From a virus (lineage: Duplodnaviria; Caudoviricetes): a stretch of 32,124 bases of DNA. The position numbers and the translations under genes were made by a program. Below the pieces are notes generated by a model. That model saw only the letters and a program-made list of their open reading frames with translations, did not search any database and had not been told where the DNA came from. Shown here piece by piece: positions 1 through 9,477 of the stretch (position 1 is the stretch's first letter; every line of letters starts with the position of its first letter). The DNA lies in IMG/VR virus record IMGVR_UViG_3300021136_000695, positions 1 through 32,124 of that record. One strand, given 5' to 3'.

Positions 1-1292
1 CCTTCAGTCATAGAGGGGCTGAGTAGGACGGTGGGTTGGCTAGAAGCTATGTGGTGATCAACCACAAGTCCCCTATTTTTGGAATCATGATCTAATAAAC
101 GGTGTGAATGAGGTGTTCCTCTAAAGTGGTCCTTGATATGTTGGACTAATTTGAAACTGGAGCAGTGAATTATACCCTTTTCAGTGGCATGTTTAGTCAA
201 AACTCTGTCAATTCTCTTCAAAAGCTTAGGAAGAGTCTCATCATAATTCTTAAAAGACATACTCCCGGCTGGTGCAAAAATGATTTGTCTATTTTCCACT
301 GGAAATTCAGAGGGAAGACTGAGGTAGCCACAGTCAGAGCGATCAATTCCTAAATTTCTTATCAACGTCTTAGGGTCTAAGATAGTGGCAGAGAGCATGA
401 TGATCTTTTTTGCTCTACTGAAGAGCAATTCTTCTGCAAAAATATCTCCTCTGAGGGGTTTTATGTTAAGCCCTTCTTCAGATTGGTCAATAAACCACAT
501 TTTAGAATCGGATTCAATAAACTTCTTCAATGCTTCGGAAAATTGGCTTAATTGGGTGATTTTCTTGGCCACAGGGAGTAGTTCTCTTCTACCCCTGCTC
601 GTATCCTTCAACTCAAGCGTCAATCTGGCTATTACTGCCTCTGTAGCGGGGTTTAAAACCTTCGATACCCAGCTTCTCGCCTCGTCTACGGCTGTAAACT
701 GGAAGGCCCTTGTAGGCAGCTTTACGCTCAATTCTTCAAGTCTAACCGGAGATACTACTATCTCAGAATGAGCAATAAGAACGTTTTCAGTATTGTGGGC
801 CTCATCAATGACCAAAACCTCTTTATCAGGAAGTCTAGTGCTTTCATCTTTAAAGGCGGAATCAGTTAAAAAATAGCTGAAGTTCGTAGTTCCAATTTTG
901 CTCTTACAAAAGTTGTGTCTAGCAGAGCGATAAGGGCAAACTGCACAAATATTGCCGGTTATCTTATTAAGCTGGGCTCCAATATCACAGGTTGTATCAT
1001 CATGCTCTGTACAGATATAATTTGACCCTCCACGAAGGTCAGCTAAGCCCAAATGACTGAATTCCTCTTGATACTGCTGTTGCAGAATCTTCTGAGGGGT
1101 TAAAATAGCTCCACTTTGGGCCGAAGAGATGGCAGCAATAGCCAAACCGGACTTACCGGAGCCTGTTGGCATCTCAAATATAGAAAATTTCTTATTTTTC
1201 TCAATATTTGAGGCCAATTTGACCATGGCCTTCTCTTGAGGAGGTCGAACTTCTGGAAAAGGGAAGTTAGCCTTTAAAGTTTCAATGTTCAT
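1..1292 (-). CDS. DinG/YoaA/XPD-family Fe-S SF2 helicase; 3' end runs off the window start
   Basis: Absent from the ORF track because there is no stop in the window. Manual translation from the ATG at 1292 gives MNIETLKANFPFPEVRPPQ (Q motif), EMPTGSGKS (Walker A), a Cys cluster (YICTEHDDTTC...CAVCPY), VIDEAH (Walker B), MLSAT (motif III) and LLSPSMTEG at the window edge. Confidence 0.9.
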   Translation of the reverse strand, partial: MNIETLKANFPFPEVRPPQEKAMVKLASNIEKNKKFSIFEMPTGSGKSGLAIAAISSAQSGAILTPQKILQQQYQEEFSHLGLADLRGGSNYICTEHDDTTCDIGAQLNKITGNICAVCPYRSARHNFCKSKIGTTNFSYFLTDSAFKDESTRLPDKEVLVIDEAHNTENVLIAHSEIVVSPVRLEELSVKLPTRAFQFTAVDEARSWVSKVLNPATEAVIARLTLELKDTSRGRRELLPVAKKITQLSQFSEALKKFIESDSKMWFIDQSEEGLNIKPLRGDIFAEELLFSRAKKIIMLSATILDPKTLIRNLGIDRSDCGYLSLPSEFPVENRQIIFAPAGSMSFKNYDETLPKLLKRIDRVLTKHATEKGIIHCSSFKLVQHIKDHFRGTPHSHRLLDHDSKNRGLVVDHHIASSQPTVLLSPSMTE

Positions 1293-1929
1293 TAATTGGC
1301 CTAAAGCAATAGGAGCTACAAGAGTAGTCGTAGAGAAGCTTATTGTCACAAATCATAGCTTCTTCTGCTGGCAGAAAACCGTAAATTACATTAGCACATT
1401 GTTCACAGCTATTTCGAATCACATCATCAGATAATTTAGATTGACGAAGTAGAATGGACTGGAATTCTGTCTTTAGACTAAGAGCTACTTGTGTGGGAAG
1501 CAGGTTGCCCTCAGCACAAATTTTTAGAAACTCAATAACCTCTGTGAGCCTTTGAGTGGGGGAATCAAGATGAATATTTAAACAACAGAGTTTAAACCAT
1601 AGCTTGCCTAAAATAGTTAAGTCATCCCATTTAAGCAAATTTAGTGATTTAGCTCTATCTTCAAGAACATCCCCCAGCATTCCAGTTCTTTCAAGATATT
1701 CTTTTTCATTTTCTTCTAATTCTACCTCTGCTACAGAGTAAGGCTTCCTTCTATTGGCCTTCTCTTTAATTACCAAAGAAGGGCTACAACGACAGGGGCC
1801 AGCATTCCCTATAGAAGCTAGATTTAATTGGTAATATGAAAGTTTCTTGAGTGTTTTGCTATCAAACTTGGCTTCTTTACTCTTGAGTTCGGCTAGCACA
1901 GTGTAGAAATCTGTGTATGATTCGGCCAT
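1282..1929 (-). CDS. hypothetical protein (215 aa)
   Basis: ATG start with a GGGGAG RBS upstream; overlaps the helicase start by 11 bp; no recognisable motif. Confidence 0.75.
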   Translation of the reverse strand: MAESYTDFYTVLAELKSKEAKFDSKTLKKLSYYQLNLASIGNAGPCRCSPSLVIKEKANRRKPYSVAEVELEENEKEYLERTGMLGDVLEDRAKSLNLLKWDDLTILGKLWFKLCCLNIHLDSPTQRLTEVIEFLKICAEGNLLPTQVALSLKTEFQSILLRQSKLSDDVIRNSCEQCANVIYGFLPAEEAMICDNKLLYDYSCSSYCFRPINEH

Positions 1930-1956
1930 GGATACTCCCCATAACCATTACTGGTT

Positions 1957-4900
1957 TTAGCAGGAAGATGAGGCTGTGGCTGATTTTTTTCCGCTGTAAA
2001 TAGGGTAAACTACGGTAACAAGACAGTTACTTGTTTTAGAAGTGTCTGCTACAGCCGTGGCAGTGATCACAATTGGAACTCCTGGAGGGGTAGCTGTGGC
2101 TGGAGCGGTCCAAACCCCTGTAATAGAGTTGATACTACCTCCAGTGGCCGACCAAGTTTTTCCAGTAGAGCCAGAACCGGCTAAAAGAACGATAGCGGTA
2201 AAGGTAATTGTCTGGTTAACGATAGCAATGTAAGTGGAGGGGTTTACTGTAATGGAAAGAGAGGTTGGGATTAAATTAACGGTGCTGTGTACTGAAGTTC
2301 CGGCAGAATTGGTGACAGTAAGTGTGAAACTTGTAGGGGAATTTAAGGCGGGGGTAGAGTAGGTTACTCCGGAGGCTACAATACCAATACCGTTGTCTAT
2401 TGATCCTACCCCATTAGTGAATATGGGAGTTAGAGTAGCAGAGCTATTGTATAATGGGGTTAAGGTAGAAGGTGTAAATGAGCTTATAGAGGGTGCAGCA
2501 ACTATGGTTATAGCACAATCAGTGTGTTTTGTAGGGTCTGCTACTGAAGTGGCCCTCAAAATAGCAGATCCAGGAGAGGACGGTGCTGTATAAACGGACC
2601 CTGAGATAGTCCCAGGCCCAATAACAGACCAAACTACATCAGTATTTGAAGTTCCGGTTACTGTGGCAATAGTGGAGAAAGTTGTTGCAGTAGTCACGGA
2701 GGCTGTAGATTGGCCTAGAGCTATATTAACAACAGTTATAGTTATGAGAGAAGTGGCTGATTTAGAGGGATCAGCAATTGAAGTGGCTCTAAGGGTTGCC
2801 GTACCGCCTATGGGGGAGGCCGATGGAGAAGTATATAGCCCATCGGCTGTGACAGTTCCATGTGTATTGTCCCCATCAATGGACCAAGTTACATTGGGAT
2901 TAACAGCACCAGATACAGTGGCTGAAAATTGTTGGGATACAGAACCATTTATAGATACAGAAGAAGGCGAAATGCTTACTGCAACTGTCTGGGGAGCTAC
3001 GGTTAATGTTGCTGTTGCAGGGGTTGTTCCATACACACTACTGGAAACGGTTAAAAGATAAGTAATAGAAGATGTTCCTGCAATAATTGCAGAAGAGGGT
3101 ACTCCAGAAGCCAAGGAGCCAACTGAATGATCAATAACTCCAGTTCCATTTACATATACTGGTGTTATTGTGTAGGACTGACCCACAAGAGGAGAAGATA
3201 CAGAAGATGTAAAAGAAGCTATGGTTGGATTAGGAACAATAGTAGCAACGGCTGTGCTATTTGATTTAGATGGGTCTGAAATAGAGGTTGCAGTGATATA
3301 GGTAGTTCCGGCAGTTCTGGGTGCTGTGAATACCCCAGAGGAATTAATAGAGCCGGAACCAGAATAGATTGACCAAGTGACTCCAGTATTTGTAGCTCCA
3401 GTTACGGTTGCAGTAAATGTTTGAGTAGCAGAAGTGGCCATCGTAACTGTGGCGGGAGTGACTGAGGGAACCGCTACAGTTTGTATGGTGACAACTTTAC
3501 TTCCACTTTTTGTCCCATCTGCTACAGCAGTAGCTCTTAAAGTGGAGAAGCTAGCAACACTAGCGCCAGTGGGGGCAGTAAAAGTGCTAAGGCTAGTAGG
3601 GGGAGTAAAGGTATTTCCACTAAAAGTCCCAAAAGGTGATCCTCCATCCACGGACCAAGTTACAGCCAAGTTCACAGCGCCGGAAACAGTAGCCGTAAAA
3701 GCACTAGAACCACCCTGTAGGAGATTGCTGATCCCAGTTACAATAACACTGACTGTTTGAACTGTAACTGTAATGGAGGTATCAGAATAGATCCCAGCAC
3801 TATTGTAAGCTCTTAACCAGTAGGTTGTAGATGTAGTGAAGCCCCCAGATTGAACGGGAATAGCTACACTGTTTGTAGCACTAGACGAGATATCATTTGC
3901 TCCTTGAGTAGTGCCAACAACGGCTGAAACACCGTTATGAGTGGGGGTTATAGTAATGTTTGTTGACCCTCTAAGCGGATTAGTTGAAGTAGCGGAAAGA
4001 CTTACTGTAGGAGGATCGACCACAGTAATAGCGGGAGTGGTCACACTTATACTTGGGTTTGCTATTGAAGTTGCAGTTATGTAAAGGGTGCCAGCAGCAG
4101 AAGGAGTAAAAGTAGAACCAGACCACGATCCAGCTACTCCTGTATTACTCCAAGATATACCAGAATTTAAAGCTCCTGATACAGTAGCGGAAAAATTTCT
4201 AGGTTGTCCAGTTCCAATTGGGGTTGTTGGAGAAATAGAGGATATAGAGACAGTTTGAGGGGTTACGCTAACTGTTGCGTAAACATAAGTACCCAAATTT
4301 ACAACAGATAAAGTGTAAGTTCTAGGTACAAGGGGGGTTGTAGCTATCCCCACACCACTAGAAGCACTACTTGTAATATCTGAAGAGCCATTACCACTCC
4401 ACCCAATTTCCCCAGTTCCATTAGAGAATACCGGAGTTAGGGTTACAGAATCTCCATACAGAGGACTGGAGGAAGATATTGAAAAACTTGAAATAGAGGG
4501 AGTAGGATTAACTGTTATGGTCACAGAGGAAGTAACTGAAGTTCCTGCATAGTTAGTGGCCGTTAGTGTATATGTAGTAGTAGAGGTCGGAGAAACAGAA
4601 ATGTTACCACCACCTGGAGATCCAAGATAAGTAATGGACCAATTTGAGGCATTCTCCAATGACCAAGATAAAGTTGTTGACCCACCAAGGGGAATAGTGT
4701 AGTAAGAAGCTGTAAAGTAATCTATAGAGGGGGCTGGAACGGTTATAACATAAGTTGAATCATTTACAGAAGTGGCCCCAGCTAAATTAGTTACTGTTAA
4801 AGTGTAATAATTTGTGGCATCACTTCCTGGGGTAAAAGTATAAGGTGTGCCAGAGGTTACAGCCGTTGAGATACCTGAACCGGTCAGAGTAGCAGTACCT

Positions 4901-5538
4901 CCTGTAAAGTTTGGGGTTAGCGTAACTGTAGCACCATCAGTAACATAAGAATAGGAAGGGGTAACAGAAATAGCATGAGGAACATCAACAACCTGGATTA
5001 AAACGTAAGAAGTATAAGGACAGCCTATTACAGAGTTAGCATAAGTAGGATTTATATTTGCAAATCCTGGAGTCATACCAGCAGAGAAAACAGTTGGGCT
5101 GGAAGAATAAGAACTTAGTGATCCAACTCCGCTTAGGTGCCAAGTTAGAACAGGAGAATAAAAATTGGTTATTGAGGCAGATACATTTACTGATCCGCCA
5201 ATTGTTACATATGTAGTGCTGGTGGATGGGGGGTATGCTCTTACACTAGGGGCCAAAAGGGTGAAAGATACTGAAGAGGTGACTACTGGAGTCCCGACCA
5301 CCGTGAGAGTAATAGGACTACCGGGATTAGTTCCAGTGGTCCACTCAGCAACGGTAGTGTAGGTATTACCACTAACTAAACTGGGAAAAAGTTGCCACGT
5401 TGGAACACTAATGTTACTACTAGTTGCATTAGTAAATACAGGTACCATGGTCAGGGGGGTGCCATATAGGAGAGTTGCTCCATTAACACTTGTCCCTGAT
5501 GGATCTTTTACAGTAAAAGAAGTAATTGTAGTGGTCAT
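1957..5538 (-). CDS. Ser/Thr-rich tandem Ig-like repeat protein, probable virion-displayed fibre/adhesin
   Basis: 1193 aa, beta-strand-rich with very few charged residues. Recurring modules V.VSP...F(S/T)ATV(S/T)G..N..VTWS...AT(S/A)(I/V)ADP(S/T)K and PSI.SF....PL.G...TLTP(V/I)F.NG.G. No signal peptide. Confidence 0.8.
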   Translation of the reverse strand: MTTTITSFTVKDPSGTSVNGATLLYGTPLTMVPVFTNATSSNISVPTWQLFPSLVSGNTYTTVAEWTTGTNPGSPITLTVVGTPVVTSSVSFTLLAPSVRAYPPSTSTTYVTIGGSVNVSASITNFYSPVLTWHLSGVGSLSSYSSSPTVFSAGMTPGFANINPTYANSVIGCPYTSYVLIQVVDVPHAISVTPSYSYVTDGATVTLTPNFTGGTATLTGSGISTAVTSGTPYTFTPGSDATNYYTLTVTNLAGATSVNDSTYVITVPAPSIDYFTASYYTIPLGGSTTLSWSLENASNWSITYLGSPGGGNISVSPTSTTTYTLTATNYAGTSVTSSVTITVNPTPSISSFSISSSSPLYGDSVTLTPVFSNGTGEIGWSGNGSSDITSSASSGVGIATTPLVPRTYTLSVVNLGTYVYATVSVTPQTVSISSISPTTPIGTGQPRNFSATVSGALNSGISWSNTGVAGSWSGSTFTPSAAGTLYITATSIANPSISVTTPAITVVDPPTVSLSATSTNPLRGSTNITITPTHNGVSAVVGTTQGANDISSSATNSVAIPVQSGGFTTSTTYWLRAYNSAGIYSDTSITVTVQTVSVIVTGISNLLQGGSSAFTATVSGAVNLAVTWSVDGGSPFGTFSGNTFTPPTSLSTFTAPTGASVASFSTLRATAVADGTKSGSKVVTIQTVAVPSVTPATVTMATSATQTFTATVTGATNTGVTWSIYSGSGSINSSGVFTAPRTAGTTYITATSISDPSKSNSTAVATIVPNPTIASFTSSVSSPLVGQSYTITPVYVNGTGVIDHSVGSLASGVPSSAIIAGTSSITYLLTVSSSVYGTTPATATLTVAPQTVAVSISPSSVSINGSVSQQFSATVSGAVNPNVTWSIDGDNTHGTVTADGLYTSPSASPIGGTATLRATSIADPSKSATSLITITVVNIALGQSTASVTTATTFSTIATVTGTSNTDVVWSVIGPGTISGSVYTAPSSPGSAILRATSVADPTKHTDCAITIVAAPSISSFTPSTLTPLYNSSATLTPIFTNGVGSIDNGIGIVASGVTYSTPALNSPTSFTLTVTNSAGTSVHSTVNLIPTSLSITVNPSTYIAIVNQTITFTAIVLLAGSGSTGKTWSATGGSINSITGVWTAPATATPPGVPIVITATAVADTSKTSNCLVTVVYPIYSGKKSATASSSC

Positions 5539-5548
5539 GCTTTACCTT

Positions 5549-6799
5549 TTAGGCGTATTGCTCAATATCCAACTGCACAGTTACAAGCGAAGCTGAGCCA
5601 GATGCAGTTACAGCCATTGATACTACATCTCCCATATGCAGAGTAATGGGAGTAAATGCAACAACTTCAATAAATCCAGTATCTCCAGAAGTTAAGCCTA
5701 TGGTGGCAATTATGGTTCCATTTATTTTGATGACCAAAGTGCCGGTCCCAGGAGTTCCAGAATAATAGAAAATATTGCGTAATGATCCTGGTCCATCTAT
5801 TCTCATAACTGGTTGATTATCAGTGGTTAAAACGGAAGACTCATAATAGTAACGAATTGGAGATTTAACCACATTTGTTGGGTGAATGTGATCTTCTCTC
5901 GATCCCAGAGCGGCAGTTCCTTGGGTGGCTGCTGTAGGGGAGGCAGGAAGGGGCTCAGCATCGCCAGGAGCGGCTAATACGAGGGTCTGAAGGGATAAAG
6001 CCGTGGGAAATGGGTGAACGTGATCAGAATGGGCTGCGTTGGTATCTGTGCCTATAGCAGCCGTGCCCAAAGCTTTGGGAGAAATTCCACCAGGATTTGG
6101 GGTTAGCTGCAATTGAACAGTATTTTGAACTCTACTCCAATTTGTTCCATCTGAAATAATCCAATCACCGGCATTCCAGGTATTGATCCCATTGATAAGT
6201 GTATCCCCAGCGTGAGAAACGATATAATACCACCCACGGCTTCCTACTGGAACTGTGTTGGATAATGTTGGTATATTAGTTGAGGCATCCCAAGTTCCTT
6301 TTAAAGACAGAACATCCTGAGATTGGTTAATGGTGGGTCTAAAAGCAATTTCAATATTGGTATTAGTCACATTAATGACTTCACCAATTCTCTGGTAATT
6401 TGGGCTATCAGTAGGTTGATGGGTTGTTATTTTACCGGCCAAGTGATTGTCAAGAAATACCGAAGAACCAATATCAGCGGAAAGAAAAGTATAACTATCC
6501 CCACTCCCATCTCCCTGAATTAAATTAACTTGGTTGTTAATTCCTCCAGTGTTAACCACCATAGGGGTAGTATTGTTAACCCAAGGGTCTAAGGTGAACC
6601 CCATGGCGGGATAACCAGCAACAGCATTAGCGAGTCTAACTTTTCTTGCATTAGCTATACTATCCCAATACATGTTTACGAAAGAGCCTGGATCAATATT
6701 ATTGTCCGATAGGGCTTCAAAAGGAGACTGGGCTCCGCTGGTATCCTCAATGACTAATCTAGAGATTGGATCAAATACTACCGGTATATTTAATGGCAT
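5549..6799 (-). CDS. putative virion fibre/structural protein
   Basis: Contains the LKGTWDASTNIPTL...GWYYIVS...WNAGDWIISDGTNW module typical of phage fibre proteins and two DH.HP motifs; AAGGAG RBS; directly upstream of the Ig-repeat gene. Confidence 0.7.
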   Translation of the reverse strand: MPLNIPVVFDPISRLVIEDTSGAQSPFEALSDNNIDPGSFVNMYWDSIANARKVRLANAVAGYPAMGFTLDPWVNNTTPMVVNTGGINNQVNLIQGDGSGDSYTFLSADIGSSVFLDNHLAGKITTHQPTDSPNYQRIGEVINVTNTNIEIAFRPTINQSQDVLSLKGTWDASTNIPTLSNTVPVGSRGWYYIVSHAGDTLINGINTWNAGDWIISDGTNWSRVQNTVQLQLTPNPGGISPKALGTAAIGTDTNAAHSDHVHPFPTALSLQTLVLAAPGDAEPLPASPTAATQGTAALGSREDHIHPTNVVKSPIRYYYESSVLTTDNQPVMRIDGPGSLRNIFYYSGTPGTGTLVIKINGTIIATIGLTSGDTGFIEVVAFTPITLHMGDVVSMAVTASGSASLVTVQLDIEQYA

Positions 6800-7014
6800 T
6801 AAAAACTCCTTGATTTCATTTTTCTTTGAGGTGCTTCATAAGCTAGATCCTCTTCAGTGGCCTCTGATTGTTCAGGGTCATTGGCCAGAGCTTCCTGCAT
6901 GGCATTTGTTCTGTCATTGGGAAGATCATGATGACTTCTCTGGGTAGGCTCTACAACCTCTCCAGAAATATCTAATCCATATGCTTGCTTTAGTAACTTA
7001 GAAGAGAATAACAA
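6799..7014 (-). CDS. small acidic hypothetical protein (start uncertain)
   Basis: Stop overlaps the next start (TAATG), which suggests coupling. The annotated TTG start lies in the U-tract of a terminator, so the true start may be internal. Confidence 0.4.
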   Translation of the reverse strand: MLFSSKLLKQAYGLDISGEVVEPTQRSHHDLPNDRTNAMQEALANDPEQSEATEEDLAYEAPQRKMKSRSF

Positions 7015-7038
7015 AAAGGCCCCCTAAATTAGAGGGCC
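7013..7038 (-). terminator. intrinsic terminator after the HNH gene
   Basis: Minus strand reads GGCCCTCTA-ATT-TAGGGGGCC followed by TTTTTGTT. Confidence 0.75.
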
Positions 7039-7060
7039 AAAGTTGAAATCAAGGGCTAAC

Positions 7061-7582
7061 TTATGCCTTAGAGGATTCGCAAAGTGTATGAAACTTCTCC
7101 ATGAGGTTCCAGCGGAAGGATCGAACAGGCTGAATCAAAGGCATTCCTGCCTCATCGGGAGTCCTATCTCCCTTCTTCTGGTTACACTTGAAACAAGCAG
7201 CAACCAAGTTACCTGGGTTGCTTCCACCACCACGGCTCCTAGGGAGAACGTGATCAATGGTTGTGGCCTTATTTCCATCAGGTCCACAATACTGGCAAAC
7301 GTGCTTATCACGCTCAAGAATACCACGAAAACCGCGACCAACAGTGATCTTCGACTCCTTAACAGCAGAAGCAGAAGGGTAGATGATGATCTGGAAGTCC
7401 TTGTAAGACTCCAACTCGTAGAAAGCCAAACGAGCCCAGGTAGAAAGATTCAGAGCTTCAGCCCTCATAGTTACCAGGGCCTTAATAGCGTGGCGGCGGG
7501 AGACTTCCATCATGGGCAGGAAATTCCTATCCACAGCAATAACCCGATCATTCAGGTGCTTCTTGTTCTTCCGCTTGTCCAT
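7061..7582 (-). CDS. HNH endonuclease (McrA/HNH_5 type) with PLMP-like N-terminus (IshB-like architecture)
   Basis: RDKHVCQYCG...TIDHVLPRSRGG...NLVAACFKCNQKKG is a Zn-binding HNH motif; the N-terminus reads RVIAVDRNFLPMM. Confidence 0.88.
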   Translation of the reverse strand: MDKRKNKKHLNDRVIAVDRNFLPMMEVSRRHAIKALVTMRAEALNLSTWARLAFYELESYKDFQIIIYPSASAVKESKITVGRGFRGILERDKHVCQYCGPDGNKATTIDHVLPRSRGGGSNPGNLVAACFKCNQKKGDRTPDEAGMPLIQPVRSFRWNLMEKFHTLCESSKA

Positions 7583-7623
7583 AAATTCACCTTTACTAAG
7601 GAGAGGGGAAACCTCTCACCCTT

Positions 7624-7631
7624 ATTATACT
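7624..7631 (-). promoter_or_regulatory. AGTATAAT promoter-like motif upstream of the HNH gene
   Basis: One of several copies of the same motif located just upstream of minus-strand gene starts. Confidence 0.6.
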
Positions 7632-7655
7632 TCAGATATTCTCTTTTACTCCAAA

Positions 7656-8708
7656 TTATGTTGTTTCGAAGCCAACTCCTTTTTTACCCGAAAGTTTATC
7701 AGAATTTAGCAGTTTCTTTTGTTCTTTGAGTCTCTTCATAGTGTCTTCGAAAGAGTAATTGAAGCAAGTAACAGAAACAATAATTTCCTTCAAATGAGCA
7801 ATAGCAAAATCCTTTGTTTCCTTGGCCCACACTTCAAGGGTATCCAATGGGATGTTCTTGGCTTTTGCCACAAGATAGAAAAGTCTATCATCATAGGAGG
7901 GAAGACCAATTGTAATAACTTGGTCAAAACGGCTTGGGCGATCTAAGAATCTGCGGTCAATTTGCTCAGGGTAATTGGTGGTGGCAATATAGACAATGTG
8001 GTCTACGGATTTTTCGCCATCAAATAGGCTAAGGAAATCAGCTTCTTCATAGTTTTGAATAAGGGAATCAAAGTCCTCCAAGATGCAAATAATTTTCCTC
8101 TCAGGCTCAATAGAGCGAATCATACGAAGGCAGGCGTAACCAATATTGGGATTTTCAAGATAGAGAACTATGCCATCGAACTCAGTTACAAGAGTTTTAG
8201 ACAGCAGTTGAATGGTGCTAGATTTGCCACCACCCGGAGGCCCTACTAGAAAAATACCACGTTTATGCATGAAGCCGTTAGTAGCAAAGGTGTCCTCTAG
8301 GGTCCAAAAACGAGAGAATTCTCTCATAAGTTCTGGCATTTTTCCAGAAGGAAGCACCATTAATTCATCAGTAACCGGAGTTTCTTTGATGAGATAGGGC
8401 TGTCCATTGTTAGTCATACCAGCAGAGTAGACTCCGGCTTCTAAAGTGTTTCGAAATTCCTGTACGGAGATAACAACACCGTCTTTATCCGCCCAACCAG
8501 ACTTAGAATCATTAACGATGAAAGCTTCACTGAACTGAGAGGCCAGACGAGAGTTTCCATCGTTAATAAGAACTTGAGTAACTTTCGTTATGAGATCGCG
8601 TTTTTCTTTATCAATAATTTTACCCTTAACTTTTGGGGTAGGGGAGGCTACTTCAGGGCTACATGGATCATATGGGACTGGGTGGCTTGAGGGCTGCTTT
8701 CGGCTCAT
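7656..8708 (-). CDS. AAA+ ATPase
   Basis: RGIFLVGPPGGGKS (Walker A), ICILEDFD (Walker B), TTNYPE (sensor 1), RPSRFD (Arg finger). Start placed at ATG 8708 (AAGGA RBS) rather than the track's 8747. Confidence 0.9.
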   Translation of the reverse strand: MSRKQPSSHPVPYDPCSPEVASPTPKVKGKIIDKEKRDLITKVTQVLINDGNSRLASQFSEAFIVNDSKSGWADKDGVVISVQEFRNTLEAGVYSAGMTNNGQPYLIKETPVTDELMVLPSGKMPELMREFSRFWTLEDTFATNGFMHKRGIFLVGPPGGGKSSTIQLLSKTLVTEFDGIVLYLENPNIGYACLRMIRSIEPERKIICILEDFDSLIQNYEEADFLSLFDGEKSVDHIVYIATTNYPEQIDRRFLDRPSRFDQVITIGLPSYDDRLFYLVAKAKNIPLDTLEVWAKETKDFAIAHLKEIIVSVTCFNYSFEDTMKRLKEQKKLLNSDKLSGKKGVGFETT

Positions 8709-8775
8709 TACTTTTCCTTTAATAGATAAGTATTGTTGATTAATCAACTTTCAATTGCTATTACTGAGGTTCAAG

Positions 8776-9477
8776 ATGTTTCAACTATCAAAAGCTAGCC
8801 TGGAAACCAACAAAAGTGAGTTGCAGGGGTCTGGAATATACCGTTTAGCATCAAACTCAGGAAAATGTTATATTGGATCAGCAGGGAGTTCTCGCGGGAT
8901 ATTACGAAGGTTAAAAGACCACTTAATCATGTTAGAAAGAGGTAGCCATCATTCCAAAAAGCTGCAAGCTGCATGGAATAAATATGGGGAACTACATATA
9001 ACTATTTTGGAGCGTGTAACAGAAAGATTGATAGAACGAGAACAGTTTTACATTGATTTTTACAGGTCTGCAACTGAGGGTTATAATAGCAACCCAATAG
9101 CGGGTAAAACTAGATTAGGAACAAAACTATCTGAGGAGACTAAAGAGAAGATCAGGGTGGCTAACACTGGCAAAAAAGCCTCTGAAGAAACCAAAAAACT
9201 AATGAGAGAAGTGGCTAAGAGAAAAATGGAAGAAGACCCGGAATTTGGAAAGAAGAGATCACAAAAACTTGTTGGGGTTCCTCGTTCTGAGGAGTTCAAA
9301 GCTGGTAGAAGAGCCTTTAAACACTCAGAGGAAACAAGAGAGAGAATGAAGGGGCCTAAGTCAGATGAACATAAGATGAAAATAACTGAGGGGCTGAAGG
9401 GTAAACCCAAATCTGAAGAGCATAGAAAAAATATAGCTGCTAGCAGACTTGGGAAAAAATTCAACCACCATGAGTAA
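8776..9477 (+). CDS. free-standing GIY-YIG homing endonuclease with NUMOD3-like repeats
   Basis: SGIYRL...CYIGSA...RLKDH, EREQFYID, GYN, then repeated (H/K)SEE(T/H)(K/R).K(I/M) units. Opposite strand to its neighbours; ATG at 8776. Confidence 0.9.
   Translation: MFQLSKASLETNKSELQGSGIYRLASNSGKCYIGSAGSSRGILRRLKDHLIMLERGSHHSKKLQAAWNKYGELHITILERVTERLIEREQFYIDFYRSATEGYNSNPIAGKTRLGTKLSEETKEKIRVANTGKKASEETKKLMREVAKRKMEEDPEFGKKRSQKLVGVPRSEEFKAGRRAFKHSEETRERMKGPKSDEHKMKITEGLKGKPKSEEHRKNIAASRLGKKFNHHE

Noticed and set aside
1-1292. DinG helicase as part of a type IV CRISPR system or partner of the Cas12-like protein
   Set aside because: No csf/cas genes or array nearby, and it is 24 kb from the TnpB-like locus; stand-alone DinG-like helicases occur in large phages.
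2042-5596. Several plus-strand ORFs inside the Ig-repeat gene
   Set aside because: Antisense shadows of a biased Ser/Thr/Val coding sequence, with no motifs.
7043-7729. 228-aa plus-strand ORF
   Set aside because: Fully antisense to the well-supported HNH gene; no recognisable domain.
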